This document shows, piece by piece, positions 30,629-43,409 of a stretch of DNA of 64,000 bases. The DNA is from Eledone cirrhosa (lineage: Eukaryota), in assembly GCA_964016885.1 (NCBI GenBank), contig OZ024740.1, positions 282,534,001 to 282,598,000 of the forward strand, written 5' to 3'. Numbering within the stretch: the first letter of the stretch is position 1; the number at the start of each line of letters is the position of its first letter. Under the pieces are notes generated by a model, which worked only from the letters and a program-made list of their open reading frames with translations, made no database searches and had not been told where the DNA came from. Both the position numbers and the translations under genes were made by a program.

Positions 30629-30815
30629 GGGCGGTGGATTGGCAATATCGGTAGAGGGTCGGATGCCATGCTTTGACACATAGAATTACGTCCCTTGCCA
30701 TTCTGAGTTCAAACCCCGCCGAGGTTAACTTTGCCTTTCATCGGGGTCGATAAAATAAAATACCAGTAATGCACTGAGTAATTGCTGGCCTTGTGCCAAA
30801 TGTAGAAACAATTAT
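30629..30815 (+). mobile_element. Dominant SINE copy
   Basis: High identity to other copies. Confidence 0.9.
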
Positions 30816-31189
30816 CTTATTAAGAATGTTTGGTTTTAACTCTGTCTATCATAAAAAATAACACAAAGTAAAGGAATTTATATGTTCATTTATCTGCATT
30901 GAGAGAAAGTATGATTCATTACTATTGAATTTAAGTCTCTTGTTTGTGCCGTATGCAGTCGAGTGTGTGGTAAAATTCCGTATTGTTATGCAATAGACCA
31001 ATCACTCCCGATAAAGGCTCCGCACACTATGAATAGCTGATTGTGTATTCTTCTTTACACCGTATACGTTTCTTGCTTAAATTAAAACATTCTTAGATTC
31101 AAATACTTGTGTTTTAAATTTAGTGTATATATACATATACATACATATATATATATTTAATACATTAAAAGAGAAAGCTTTAAGCGATA

Positions 31190-31250
<61 letters not shown>

Positions 31251-31483
31251 CGCGCGCGCGCGCGTGTATGTGTGTATGTGTGTGTGTGTAAGTATGTATA
31301 CATATATAGTGTAGATAGTACGGTGAAATATATCGTTTGTCGCATCACCAGTCAGAGGAGCAGATCGATAATGCAGATCGATACGATACTATGGGTCACC
31401 TTGACCCAATCCTCTGCGAAACGCGCGTAACAAGATACGCTATTAATATGTTTCATATGTAAACAAAACTTCCTCGTTGTTTC

Positions 31484-31542
<59 letters not shown>

Positions 31543-31821
31543 TATATAGAATAGAATGAAACGAAATTTCATTTCTCACTCTTAGTGCGGCACTTACTTA
31601 GATGTAAGTATGTATGTATACGTACATACATATATGTATACAGACGTACAGTAGTATGTATATATATACATACATGCACACATATATATATGTACGTATC
31701 GGTTTACCGAACATTTATTATAATGCTCGGTTTGTTTGTTTGTAAACAAACAAACAGCCCAAATTACGCCGTACAGTGTTTAGGCAACCACGTCACCTTT
31801 TTGTTCAACACTGACACAGGA

Positions 31822-31864
31822 ACGATGTACTAGTTTCAAGCTTATTAGCTATCGTCAGCATCGT
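31822..31864 (-). ncRNA. Type I minimal hammerhead ribozyme
   Basis: acgaug-CUGACGA-uagcuaauaagcuu-GAAAC-ua-GUA-caucgu; palindromic stem III. Confidence 0.85.
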
Positions 31865-32010
31865 ATACCTTCCTGCCAGATGGTTGAACGTCTGAAAGTG
31901 TGCCCGGCCGACTGAACTCACTCGATATGCAAATTAGGCTGCTCAGCCGTTAATATGCATAAGGAAAGTATATACTTTCAGACGTTTAACCATCTGGGAG
32001 GAAGGTATAC

Positions 32011-32049
32011 GATGCTGACGATAGCTAATAAGCTTGAAACTAGTACATC
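32011..32049 (+). ncRNA. Type I minimal hammerhead ribozyme
   Basis: gaug-CUGACGA-uagcuaauaagcuu-GAAACuaGUA-cauc. Confidence 0.85.
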
Positions 32050-32281
32050 ATTCCTGTGTGACTGTTGAACAAAAAGGTGACGTGGTTGCCTAAACACTGT
32101 ACGGCGTGATTCGGGCTGTTTGTTTGTTTACAAACAAACAAACCGAGGATTATAATAAATGTTCGGTAAACCGATACGTGCATATATATATGTGTGCATG
32201 TATGTATATATATACATACTACCGTACGTCAGTATACATATATGTATGTAAGTATACATACATACATACTTACACACACAA

Positions 32282-32416
<135 letters not shown>

Positions 32417-32597
32417 TATTAAAATAACAGATTAAAGTTTAAGAAAAGAATCGCTGCTTTCACCCTTAACGGGGTCTTCTGAAACTTTAATCTGTTATTT
32501 TAATAAATATTTGCTCTAGGGTTCCTATATATTTGATAGATATTTATCGTTATCGAGCCATCTTTGGATTTTAGTCTTCAAATTTATTATTATTACT

Positions 32598-33020
32598 ATG
32601 TGGTGGAGTCTGTGCTGCTGTATGGGTCTGAGACTTGGACACTGACCAAGAAACTCAATCACATGGTGGATGGGTGCTACACGAGAATGCTGAGGATGGC
32701 TCTGAACATTAATCAGTATACACTGAGGATGAAAAACTCAGAGCTGTATGGGAGCCTCCCAAAATACGCTCAAAAGTGACACAGGGGAGACTGGGGTTAG
32801 GTGGACATGCTCACCGTCATCCAGAGTTGACATTGCACTCAGTGCTCCTTTGGGAGCCCCTACATGGACACAATAGAAGAGAAAGACCAAGGTTAACGTA
32901 TGTTGATGCCCTAAGGACAGACACCGGTCTGTTGGAGACGCAGGACATGGCAGCGATAATGAGGGACAGAGACCGCTGGAGAGAACTCGTCCATGGATCT
33001 CGGGAATTTTACCCGCCTTA
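32598..33020 (+). mobile_element. RTE-clade LINE 3' fragment
   Basis: VESVLLYGSETWTLTK..DGCYTRMLR; GHAHRHPE..LLWEP..RPRLTYVD..DRDRWR. Confidence 0.9.
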
Positions 33021-33365
33021 GAATATATATATACATATATATATATATAATGAGTGGAACAACAACAACACCCAAACAAACAACACTGACCTAAGAGAAG
33101 TATAAATAAGTAAATAAAATTAAATAAAATAAGATAAATAAATACATACACAAGCACATAAACACACACTAGTCACCCAGCAGACACAACACTATACACA
33201 CTAGTCACACATCACACTATACACACACGCAAACGCATGCGCAAAGAAGACAAAATAAAATAAGATAAACAAACAAGCAAATAAATAAATAAATATATAG
33301 ACAGACTGAACAAAAAAAAATGGCGTAGACATACAACACAACAGGAGGAACAATGAATATAACAC

Positions 33366-33403
33366 CACTGACGATGTTGCAGATGTGCAACGAAAGATTT
33401 ATG
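33366..33403 (+). ncRNA. Hammerhead motif with weak stems I and III
   Basis: ca-CUGACGA-u-guugca(gaug)ugcaac-GAAA-gau-UUA-ug; 6-bp stem II. Confidence 0.55.
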
Positions 33404-33617
33404 TAAATTATGTAAACTATATATATGTGTTTGTGTCTATATTGTATCTGTATTATTTTTGACCGCCGGTCAGTCAATGGCAACATTGAGGACCGAGTAA
33501 GTTAGATCGCAGATATATATATATAAAAGACAGCGAGAAGCGAAAACCAACCAAACAGTGAGTGTGTTCTGTTATTAATTCTGGCAATATTACGCAAATA
33601 TGACCCTCCCCAAATAT

Positions 33618-33701
<84 letters not shown>

Positions 33702-33771
33702 ATATATATATGTATGTATATATCTATATCTATATATATATATCTATCTATATGTATATATATATGTATGT

Positions 33772-33812
<41 letters not shown>

Positions 33813-33865
33813 TATATATATGTATATTTATATGTATATATATATGTATGTATATATACATATGT

Positions 33866-33932
<67 letters not shown>

Positions 33933-34102
33933 AATATAAATTAGAATTGGAGCTCTGAAATAGCAATATATATATGGATGTATATATAATGTATTTTGCA
34001 ATAAACTTTATGCTTAATTAAAAGCATTTTGAAGACCGTAAGCTATTGTTTTAAAGTAGTGACAAATTCACTCACTTTGATCTCAGCAAACAGGGGAGAT
34101 AA

Positions 34103-34144
34103 GCCGACAAGACTTGTTTCGCTTTGGTTGAAGCTTATCAAGGC
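34103..34144 (-). ncRNA. Type I hammerhead, U3-A8 variant (inverted unit)
   Basis: Reverse complement of the motif at 34405-34446. Confidence 0.85.
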
Positions 34145-34404
34145 CAACTACCCCACCTGTTTGCTGAGATCATTGATGTTATATTCTTATAGAAATCTAG
34201 TAAATAATCAGGAGCTGATTATGCAGAGCGATTGCAAAATACATTATATATACATCCATATATATATTGCTATTTCAGAGCTCCAATTCTAATTTTTAAT
34301 TTCTGCCTGACCAACAACCGCTCTGCATAATCAGCTCCTGATTATTTACTAGATTTCTATAAGAATATAACATCAATGATCTCAGCAAACAGGTGGGGTA
34401 GTTG

Positions 34405-34446
34405 GCCTTGATAAGCTTCAACCAAAGCGAAACAAGTCTTGTCGGC
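34405..34446 (+). ncRNA. Type I hammerhead, U3-A8 variant
   Basis: gcc-UUGAUAA-gcuu(caacca)aagc-GAA-acaa(guc)uugU-C-ggc; GUC site at 34443. Confidence 0.88.
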
Positions 34447-34720
34447 TTATCTCCCCTGTTTGCTGAGATCAAAGTGAGTGAATTTGTCACTACTTTAAAA
34501 CAATAGCTTACGGTCTTCAAAATGCTTTTAATTAAGCATAGAGTGTATTGCAAAATACATTATATATACATCCATATATATATTGCTATTTCAGAGCTCC
34601 AATTCTAATTTTTAATTTCTGCCTGACCAACAACCGCTCTGCATAATCAGCTCCTGATTATTTACTAGATTTCTATAAGAATATAACATCAATGATCTCA
34701 GCAAACAGGTGGGGTAGTTG

Positions 34721-34762
34721 GCCTTGATAAGCTTCAACCAAAGCGAAACAAGTCTTGTCGGC
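34721..34762 (+). ncRNA. Type I hammerhead, U3-A8 variant
   Basis: Identical motif in unit 2. Confidence 0.88.
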
Positions 34763-35036
34763 TTATCTCCCCTGTTTGCTGAGATCAAAGTGAGTGAATT
34801 TGTCACTACTTTAAAACAATAGCTTACGGTCTTCAAAATGCTTTTAATTAATCATAAAGTGTATTGCAAAATACATTATATATACATCCATATATATATT
34901 GCTATTTCAGAGCTCCAATTCTAATTTTTAATTTCTGCCTGACCAACAACCGCTCTGCATAATCAGCTCCTGATTATTTACTAGATTTCTATAAGAATAT
35001 AACATCAATGATCTCAGCAAACAGGTGGGGTAGTTG

Positions 35037-35078
35037 GCCTTGATAAGCTTCAACCAAAGCGAAACAAGTCTTGTCGGC
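35037..35078 (+). ncRNA. Type I hammerhead, U3-A8 variant
   Basis: Identical motif in unit 3. Confidence 0.88.
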
Positions 35079-35205
35079 TTATCCCCCCTGTTTGCTGAGA
35101 TCAAAGTGAGTGAATTTGTCACTACTTTAAAACAATAGCTTACGGTCTTCAAAATGCTTTTAATTAAGCATAAAGTGTATTGCAAAATACATTATATATA
35201 CATCC

Positions 35206-35289
<84 letters not shown>

Positions 35290-37019
35290 TATGTATGTAT
35301 TGAATAGCTTTTGTTAACTTTAAAACCATTCTGTTGAGAACTTAATTCGTTTTGTGATATTTTGCAATTTTGCAATATTACACACTGAATTCTTCCGCCA
35401 AATATAAGGTTTGCCTCCCTTGCCGAGCCCCACGTGGTTATTGGTAACGGTCAATCCTTGGCCTGGCACTTGAACTAAAACCTGTTAAGAAAGTGACTTC
35501 CTTGTTCAATCATCTTACCAAAAGCTTAACATTATTTGTCTAAGCGGACAGTACTTGATTTAGGAGTCGCAGAAACCCAAATGCTGGATTTTACCAACCA
35601 TCCAGGGGTCCGGGTAAATGTTTCAATCACATTGTTTTATTTGTTTGACCCGAATTACTTGGTCGTTTATTTGGCTGTGCGGATAATGGTTTAACCATCG
35701 TCTCAGTGTGTTTGGCCTTTTAACGTATGTTGTAGCTCTGGTTCGTTAGAATCTATGGAGCGCTTGCCACACATCTTGGAAGTTGTTTTTCGCTAATTTC
35801 CAATAGCCGAAATACGATTCTCGCTAATTTATATTTGTATTAATCTCCAGAGTCTAGCTATTGACCAGTTAATTTCTTGATTATTTTAGTTGATTCTATC
35901 AGAATCTCACTTGTTTGCGTCTTTCAGTAGAGCAATGGATATTATTTTCACAGCTACACAGACTCAGTAAAAGTGGTATGAACAAAACACAAATCCTGTC
36001 TAAGTTTTTGTTGACATATAATTCTTCGATACTGTGAGTTGGCCACCTTTGTGAAAAAGACCCGACAAACTCAGTTTTATCGACGATTAAATCATTTTAC
36101 AATGAAATCGCAGCATGGGTCAATGTGAGTGAGACCATACCAGGGATCATAATGTAGATGATAATCAATCTCAAACAGGTCGATAGCATTTCACCATTTG
36201 TCTTTACTTCATATTTTGATGTTACTCTCAGTCATAATTCTGCAGCTTGTTGCTCCTCTGGGGTATATGTGAGGCACCGAACCTCCGGGTGGTCTTTCAA
36301 TTCGTGGTCTTTTGCAGCCAATATTCGGAAGTCTTTCATATGCAAGTTTGTCTGCCTGATTACTATACCCAACGGGTTCTTGCTTCTTGGTGACGAACTA
36401 TCTTCAAGGTTAAAAATGCAACTGACACCTTCAGGGCCTTTGAGTCCCGTGTCGGATCCCATTATTCTGAATATCGTATATGCATACTGCATGGAGTTGT
36501 GACCGACAGATAGTATTAGCAATTGGAAAAACCAATGGAAACATTGTTTCCTCGGCCCGATTTGATGAGCTCCACCACACTCGTTAAGTGAATGAGGTCT
36601 GGGATCTTGTCGTTCGCTGACTATACTTTACTTAGCTGAAAATATTCCTTAACAAGTAATAATGTATCATGAAAATATTCCTTAACAAGTACCAGTAATA
36701 CACTGGGATAATTGCTGGCCTTGTGCCAAAAGTAGAAACAATTATTTGTGATCACATATGTAATTTAAAGAATAGTCAAATTAGTCCCAAAATAATTCAC
36801 AAACAAAATGAACAAAATGTTGATTATAGTAAACTCAAGTCAATACAGGCTGACTATGAAGGAATGCAGTAAGTAAGCGCTACTGAAATGCGAATATAAC
36901 ATTTTCACAGGGATATTGTGATAACTGTGATACGACAACGAGACAATGACTATATTAATTATAAATAAACATATTGTATATGAGTATATGAAACCATATA
37001 GCTCGTTAGTATTGCACTA

Positions 37020-37232
37020 CGAAAGTGGGCTGAACGGTTCATAGGCTGACTATGAAGGATGATGCTAGGGCTATGAAATCTTGCATGCATTAGTTTCAAC
37101 TCTTCTTATTAATAACTTTATTGTTTCTTTCCAGGGACTATGTTGAAAAATAAACCTTATTTGGTCATTCCATAAGAGTATCTTGGTCAGCCTATAGACC
37201 TTTCAGCCTATGAAATGTTCAGCTGACCCTCG
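37020..37232. mobile_element. Tc1/mariner-type MITE
   Basis: TA flanks; imperfect TIR cga..gctgaa..ttcataggctga / tcagcctatgaa..ttcagc..tcg; partial relative at ~13795-13955. Confidence 0.75.
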
Positions 37233-37339
37233 TATATGTAAAAAAAAAAAGACTATCAAGAAAAATTGATTAGTTTACGTATATGAGCGTTTGCAGGGAT
37301 ATTAATGCTTTAAATGCCCACAGGAAGACTGTGTACGCA

Positions 37340-37739
37340 TCTCTCTCTATATAAAATTCTTTGTCTCCTTATACATTCCAAAACGGCTCGCCCAAATCAA
37401 ATCAAATTTTACAAGGTATGATACCCTGGGAGTGCCAACATAGAATTTTTATTTTTATTTGATTAAAATAATATAACACTTTATCTAAAATATTCTACTA
37501 TAGACAACTATAATTAAACGGATATTTGATAACACGACAACCACGTGATATTTTGTATATGAGTGCGTATGTGTCTGTGAGTGTGTGTATGTTTGCGCGT
37601 TCGTTACTCACGTTACGCCTCAGTAAGTTACATACACACACATCTTCACGTAAATACTTAATCAGATACACAGAGAATTAAACACGATTCGGACGCTGAT
37701 TTACACACACACACATACACACGCGCTCAAGTACGCACA

Positions 37740-37800
<61 letters not shown>

Positions 37801-38372
37801 TTATATACAATTATCTATATCTATATCTACATACAATATAAAATATTGGAACTTCCATCATCCTTTTGAGAATCGTGGACCCGCTACTTCTATGCAATGG
37901 CACACACTTTACAGTCAGGATGGTGATGAACCATCTTCTTGGAGGCAATCATCAAGGAGAAAATGCATTTATTTCCAAGATTCCTCTTATCCCTTCCTCT
38001 ACCGAACTGCCATTCAACTTTTCCAGATTTCAGTTCCCTGTTAGAGCCAGTTTTGTTATGAGTGTACATAAAGCTCAGGCTCAGAATTTCAAAGTTGTAG
38101 AATTGAATACAAGAGAATCGCTTTTTACACATGGACAGTTATATGTAGGTTGTTCATGAGTGGAAACACCTAGAAATCTTCATATACTATGCACGAATGG
38201 TAAAACGAAGAATCTGGTGTATCTGGAAGATTTTTTACTGTTTATTTTTTGTAACACACGCACACCTCGCTCTCGCCCTCATACTGTAAAGCAGGCGAAC
38301 ATCCAATATAGTCATTTTCTCTTCTACATGTCTTCTCTTATCATCTGTTGGATACGTGGGTACGTCAGCTAG
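37340..38372 (+). mobile_element. Internally deleted Helitron with the PIF1 helicase C-terminus
   Basis: 5' TC, 3' CTAG, A|T target; LCNGT..KIPLIPS..PFNFSRFQFPVRASF..HKAQAQ..FTHGQLYVGCS at 37866-38230. Confidence 0.9.
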
Positions 38373-38559
38373 TTTTATATATAATGTATTGAATGTTTAC
38401 AATGTAGGCCTCTATTCTGAATAACGCTCAGCCATTAGTATTGCTAATAATGCATTATATGTATATATGTAAGTATGTAGGCAGGTAGGTATATATGTAT
38501 GCATATATGTATGCATGTATATGTATGTATATGTATGTATATGTATGCATATGTATGTA

Positions 38560-38612
<53 letters not shown>

Positions 38613-38661
38613 GTGTGTGTGTGTGTGTACATATATATGTATATTAAATTAAAAGTCGAAT

Positions 38662-38733
<72 letters not shown>

Positions 38734-38745
38734 CATATATATGTA

Positions 38746-38873
<128 letters not shown>

Positions 38874-38939
38874 TGAGTGTGTGTGTACATATATATGTAT
38901 ATTAAATTAAAAGTCGAGTGACATATATATATATATATA

Positions 38940-39142
38940 TAATAAACACATCAAACAATTACCGGGGATAATTTATAAAGAGTGTAAACACACATAGATA
39001 CGTATTGAAAATTTACCAGAAACTTGAATGTAGATAGTGATTAATCAATATTCAAGGTTCTTGTTAATTTTTAATATGTTACCACCGTAACAATGTGTGT
39101 TTAGACTCTTTACAAATTATCCCCTTGTTTGATGTGTTTATT
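38940..39142. repeat. Imperfect ~200-bp palindrome flanked by TA
   Basis: aataaacacatcaaacaa..ggggataatt / aattatcccc..ttgtttgatgtgtttatt. Confidence 0.75.
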
Positions 39143-39447
39143 TTATATATATACGTGGCGAAAGATGGTTGTAAACAATAGAGGCTACATTGAAAAAATA
39201 ACTTTATTAATGTTTTCTTTACTAGTATTGAATGTATTTTCAAATAAAATTCGTTTGAATGTTCTAGCTTTTCTTTTCATACCGAGTATTAGAGATTATT
39301 GAACCGACCACGTATGTCATTCGACTTTTAATTTAATGTTAATAAATGTCCGGATATACGGCTTGGAGTCTTTGAGCTTATTCCACAGATGGTATGGCGC
39401 ATTCTTCTCATATTCTCAGACATGGCATCTTTAATCTAATTTTGGTA

Positions 39448-39487
<40 letters not shown>

Positions 39488-39489
<2 letters not shown>

Positions 39490-39790
39490 AAAAGAATGAA
39501 ACGAAATTTCATTTCTCACTCTTAGTACGGCTGTGACCTAAATATAAGTATGTATACGTACATACATATATGTGTACAGACGTACAGTAGTATGTATATA
39601 TATATACATACATGCACATATATATACATATATGTACGTATGGGTTTACCGAACATTTATTATAATGTTCGGTTTGTTTGTAAGCAAACAGCCCGAATTA
39701 CGCCGTACAGTGCTCAGAAACCATCCTCGCCCTTTTGTTCAACACTGACACAGGAACGATTTTCAAGATTATTAGCTATATATATAGTAA
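39488..39790 (-). mobile_element. Truncated copy of the 31549-32273 family with a disrupted HHR
   Basis: Collinear homology; deletion across the GAAACTAGTA segment. Confidence 0.8.
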
Positions 39791-39794
39791 TAAT

Positions 39795-39977
39795 AATTGT
39801 TTCTACTATTGGCACAAGGCCAGCAATTACCCAGTGCATTACTGGTACTTTATTTTATCGACCCCGTAAGGATGAAAGGCAAAGTTAACCTCGGCGGGAT
39901 TTGAACTCAGAATGGCAAGGGCCGTAACTCCATGCGTCAAAGCATGGCATCCGACGCTCTACCGATACTGCCAATCT
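39795..39977 (-). mobile_element. Dominant SINE copy
   Basis: High identity to other copies. Confidence 0.9.
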
Positions 39978-40110
39978 AATAGTAATAATAATGAATGTGA
40001 AACTAAAATCCGTAGAGGGCTCGATAAGGATAATATATATATATATTTCAGAAGATCCCGTTAAGGGTGAAAGTAGCGATTCTTTGCTTAAACTTTAATC
40101 TGTTATTTTA

Positions 40111-40232
<122 letters not shown>

Positions 40233-40356
40233 GTGTGTGTGTGTGTTTGTACATATGTACGTATATATATATATAGTTGTGTATAGTGGTAGCTAAGGTG
40301 CTTCCATAGGCGGTATGCCAAAATTAGTACTCGATATTCATCAGAGTAGAGTGTAG

Positions 40357-40676
<320 letters not shown>

Positions 40677-41008
40677 AACACACACGCACACACACACATA
40701 TATATATTTAATGTGGATAATATTAAATATTATCCGATTTCAAGTATGAAAATAGCACGATGTAAAATAACAAGGCCACTTCAGAGCTTTGATTCTTATT
40801 TACAATACATTGTAAATAACAATCAAAGAGAGTTTTAAACATTTAATCACTTACGATTGTTTACTATATATATATCTATGATTGTGTGGGTGTATAATGT
40901 TGAACGTATAAAAAAATCTACGTGGTGTGTAAACAGTTGGACATTTGACGACCTAGATTTCAGAAGGGCGCCTATGTTTAACAATTATCTTCCGTAAGAG
41001 GGTGGTAT

Positions 41009-41126
<118 letters not shown>

Positions 41127-41548
41127 AATTATTATAAAATAACAGAAGACTGGTGTGGTGTAAATCCTTGAAAGGTTTATTATACCATGATCGAGTTCAG
41201 CATGAATCCGGTGATGTCATCAGGTATTCGAAATATAACAAAGGAATAAAACAGATAAAATTCATAGGGCTGAAAATCAGAGACAAGAGGACGACCGACT
41301 ATTTAGCAGCTTCTACCTTAGTCGGGGCGCCCTTGAGGGCCGACTGATAGAAGCTGCTAAATAGTCGGTCGTCCTCTTGTCTCTGATTTTCAGCCCCATA
41401 GATTTTATCTGTTATATTCCTTTGTTATATTTCGGATACCTGATGATATCACCGGATTTATACTGAACCCGGTCATTGAAATGATCATGGTATAATAAAC
41501 CTTTCAAGGATTTACACCAGTCCAGCCTCCTGTTATTTTATAATAATT
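41127..41548. mobile_element. ~420-bp fold-back element in (TA)n with a degenerate HHR at 41436-41493
   Basis: Near-perfect arms meeting at ~41326-41340; auac-CUGAUGA..accgg..ccggu..GAAA-ugauca-UG-guau, then AATAAA. Confidence 0.8.
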
Positions 41549-41764
41549 AACTCCGTACTCGCACCACCAACTACACAAACGAAGACGGGTGAGTTGCATT
41601 ACGTTGAGTGCTCTCCATAATATTACATCAAGATTGACCATACGGAATGACCAGTTCTATCCAGTGGTGAACCAACAAACCTAAATAAATATATATATAT
41701 ATATATATATACATATATATATGTACATATATATATATATGTACATATATATATATATGTAAAG

Positions 41765-42003
41765 TCAGCACGAAAGTAACACAGAGAAGATTGAGGTTAA
41801 CTGGACATGCTCACCAGAGTTGACACTGCACTCAGTGCTCCCGTGGGAGCCCCTGCATGGACACACTGGAAGTGGAAGACCGAGGTTAACATATGTTGAT
41901 GCCCTAAGGACAGACACTGGTCTCTTGGAAACGCACGACATGGCAGCGATAATGACTGACAGAGAGAACTCGTCCATTGATCTCGGGAATTTTACCTGTC
42001 CTA
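41765..42003 (+). mobile_element. RTE-clade LINE 3' fragment, same family as 32598-33020
   Basis: WEPLHGH..GRPRLTYVDALRTDTGL. Confidence 0.85.
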
Positions 42004-42129
42004 GATGTATGTATGTATGTATGTATGTATGTATGTATGTATGTATGTATGTATGTATGTATGTATGTATGTGTGTATGTATTTACGTAGATACATACAC
42101 CCAGATATATATTTATATATGTATATCTG

Positions 42130-42470
42130 GCTAACCTAATTTTTTCCACATTAGCATATACATCAGGATTGGTGCTCTGAAATAGCGATGTATACATGAG
42201 TGTATGCATAGTATATTTGGCAATATACAGTGTTTAATTAAAAACATTTTGAACACCTTACGCTATCATTTCAAAGTAGTGACTATGTCACTTACTTCTT
42301 TTCGGCGAAAGAAGACAGAGAAGCTAATAATCTGTTTCATGGTGTTTGGCAATCATCAGAACTACGTACTGCCCTCTTCCGTTGAAAATTATAGAAGCTG
42401 GATTCTTACAGAATTCCAGTAATAATCAGGATTCCAGTAATATACAGAGCGATTGCCGGTCCGGCAAATA
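42130..42470 (-). mobile_element. Diverged monomeric relative of the 316-bp unit; HHR with canonical core at 42322-42363
   Basis: Shared blocks gctctgaaatagc, aaagtagtgac, aataatcagga, cagagcgattgc; aguu-CUGAUGA..GAAAC..UU-agcu. Confidence 0.7.
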
Positions 42471-42471
42471 T

Positions 42472-42521
<50 letters not shown>

Positions 42522-42606
42522 AATACATAAATATATATATACATATATATATATATATACATATATATAATCCATGCTAACGTGGAAAAATTTAGGTTAA
42601 ATATAT

Positions 42607-42730
<124 letters not shown>

Positions 42731-43326
42731 ATAGAGGTGTAACACACAAGTTATGATATATTGGTAAACGGAATAGAAAATGCTGACAAATTGTTCACAG
42801 TGAAAAATAGTTTAATTAGGAATACGTGAGAATTAGTAATAGTATTGGTTAGTATTCAGTTTTGGTTTTAAGTTTTACCGGTTGCACATTTCTAGTGCTT
42901 TTCAAAAATAATTTTGAGATAGAGCCTCCGTGATGTTTGCTCTGATCTGATTAGTTTGGGGAATTCTACCTGTTTTTATGTTCAAAAAGTGGCTCCAGAG
43001 GTATTAAAATAAGTTTTGCGCCAATTCGTGTTGCAAAAATTCTTGTGGTCAAAACAATTTTGATTAGTCGGTAGAGGTCATGTGAATGAAAAAATTGATT
43101 TTGCGCCAAAAGTAGGTTTGTGTCGGCTGACTGAGAAATAAGTCTTTCACAACAAATATGTGTGTGTGTGTGTGTGTGTGTGTAGTAGTAGTAAAGAGGT
43201 TCGTTGTTGTGATAATGGTCAGCAGGGATGTGTGTACGAACCGCAGCCTGTTGACAGTTCAAATGCCTATTAAGACAAGTGTGTGTGTGTGTGTGTGTGT
43301 AACACACGCGTACATTAACATACAAA

Positions 43327-43409
<83 letters not shown>

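Larger units (their letters stand above)
31549..32273. mobile_element. Palindromic PLE-like non-autonomous element, ~300-bp arms with an HHR in each
   Basis: Arms 31604-31899 and 31974-32273; same family at 39488-39790 and 50778-51125; flanked by (TA)n/(CA)n. Confidence 0.85.
33938..35210 (+). mobile_element. 316-bp tandem array (~3.1 units) preceded by an inverted partial unit; retrozyme/PLE pLTR-like
   Basis: Period 316 (34296/34612/34928); near-identical units; inverted copy at 33938-34230; both ends in (TA)n; one HHR per unit. Confidence 0.92.

Noticed and set aside
34029-35185. Repeated 74-87 aa ORF (KTVSYCFKVV..)
   Set aside because: Antisense to the ribozyme strand, non-ATG starts, no recognisable motif; repeated only because the DNA is repeated.
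34231-35210. CRISPR-like array
   Set aside because: Whole units repeat with no unique spacers; eukaryotic context.
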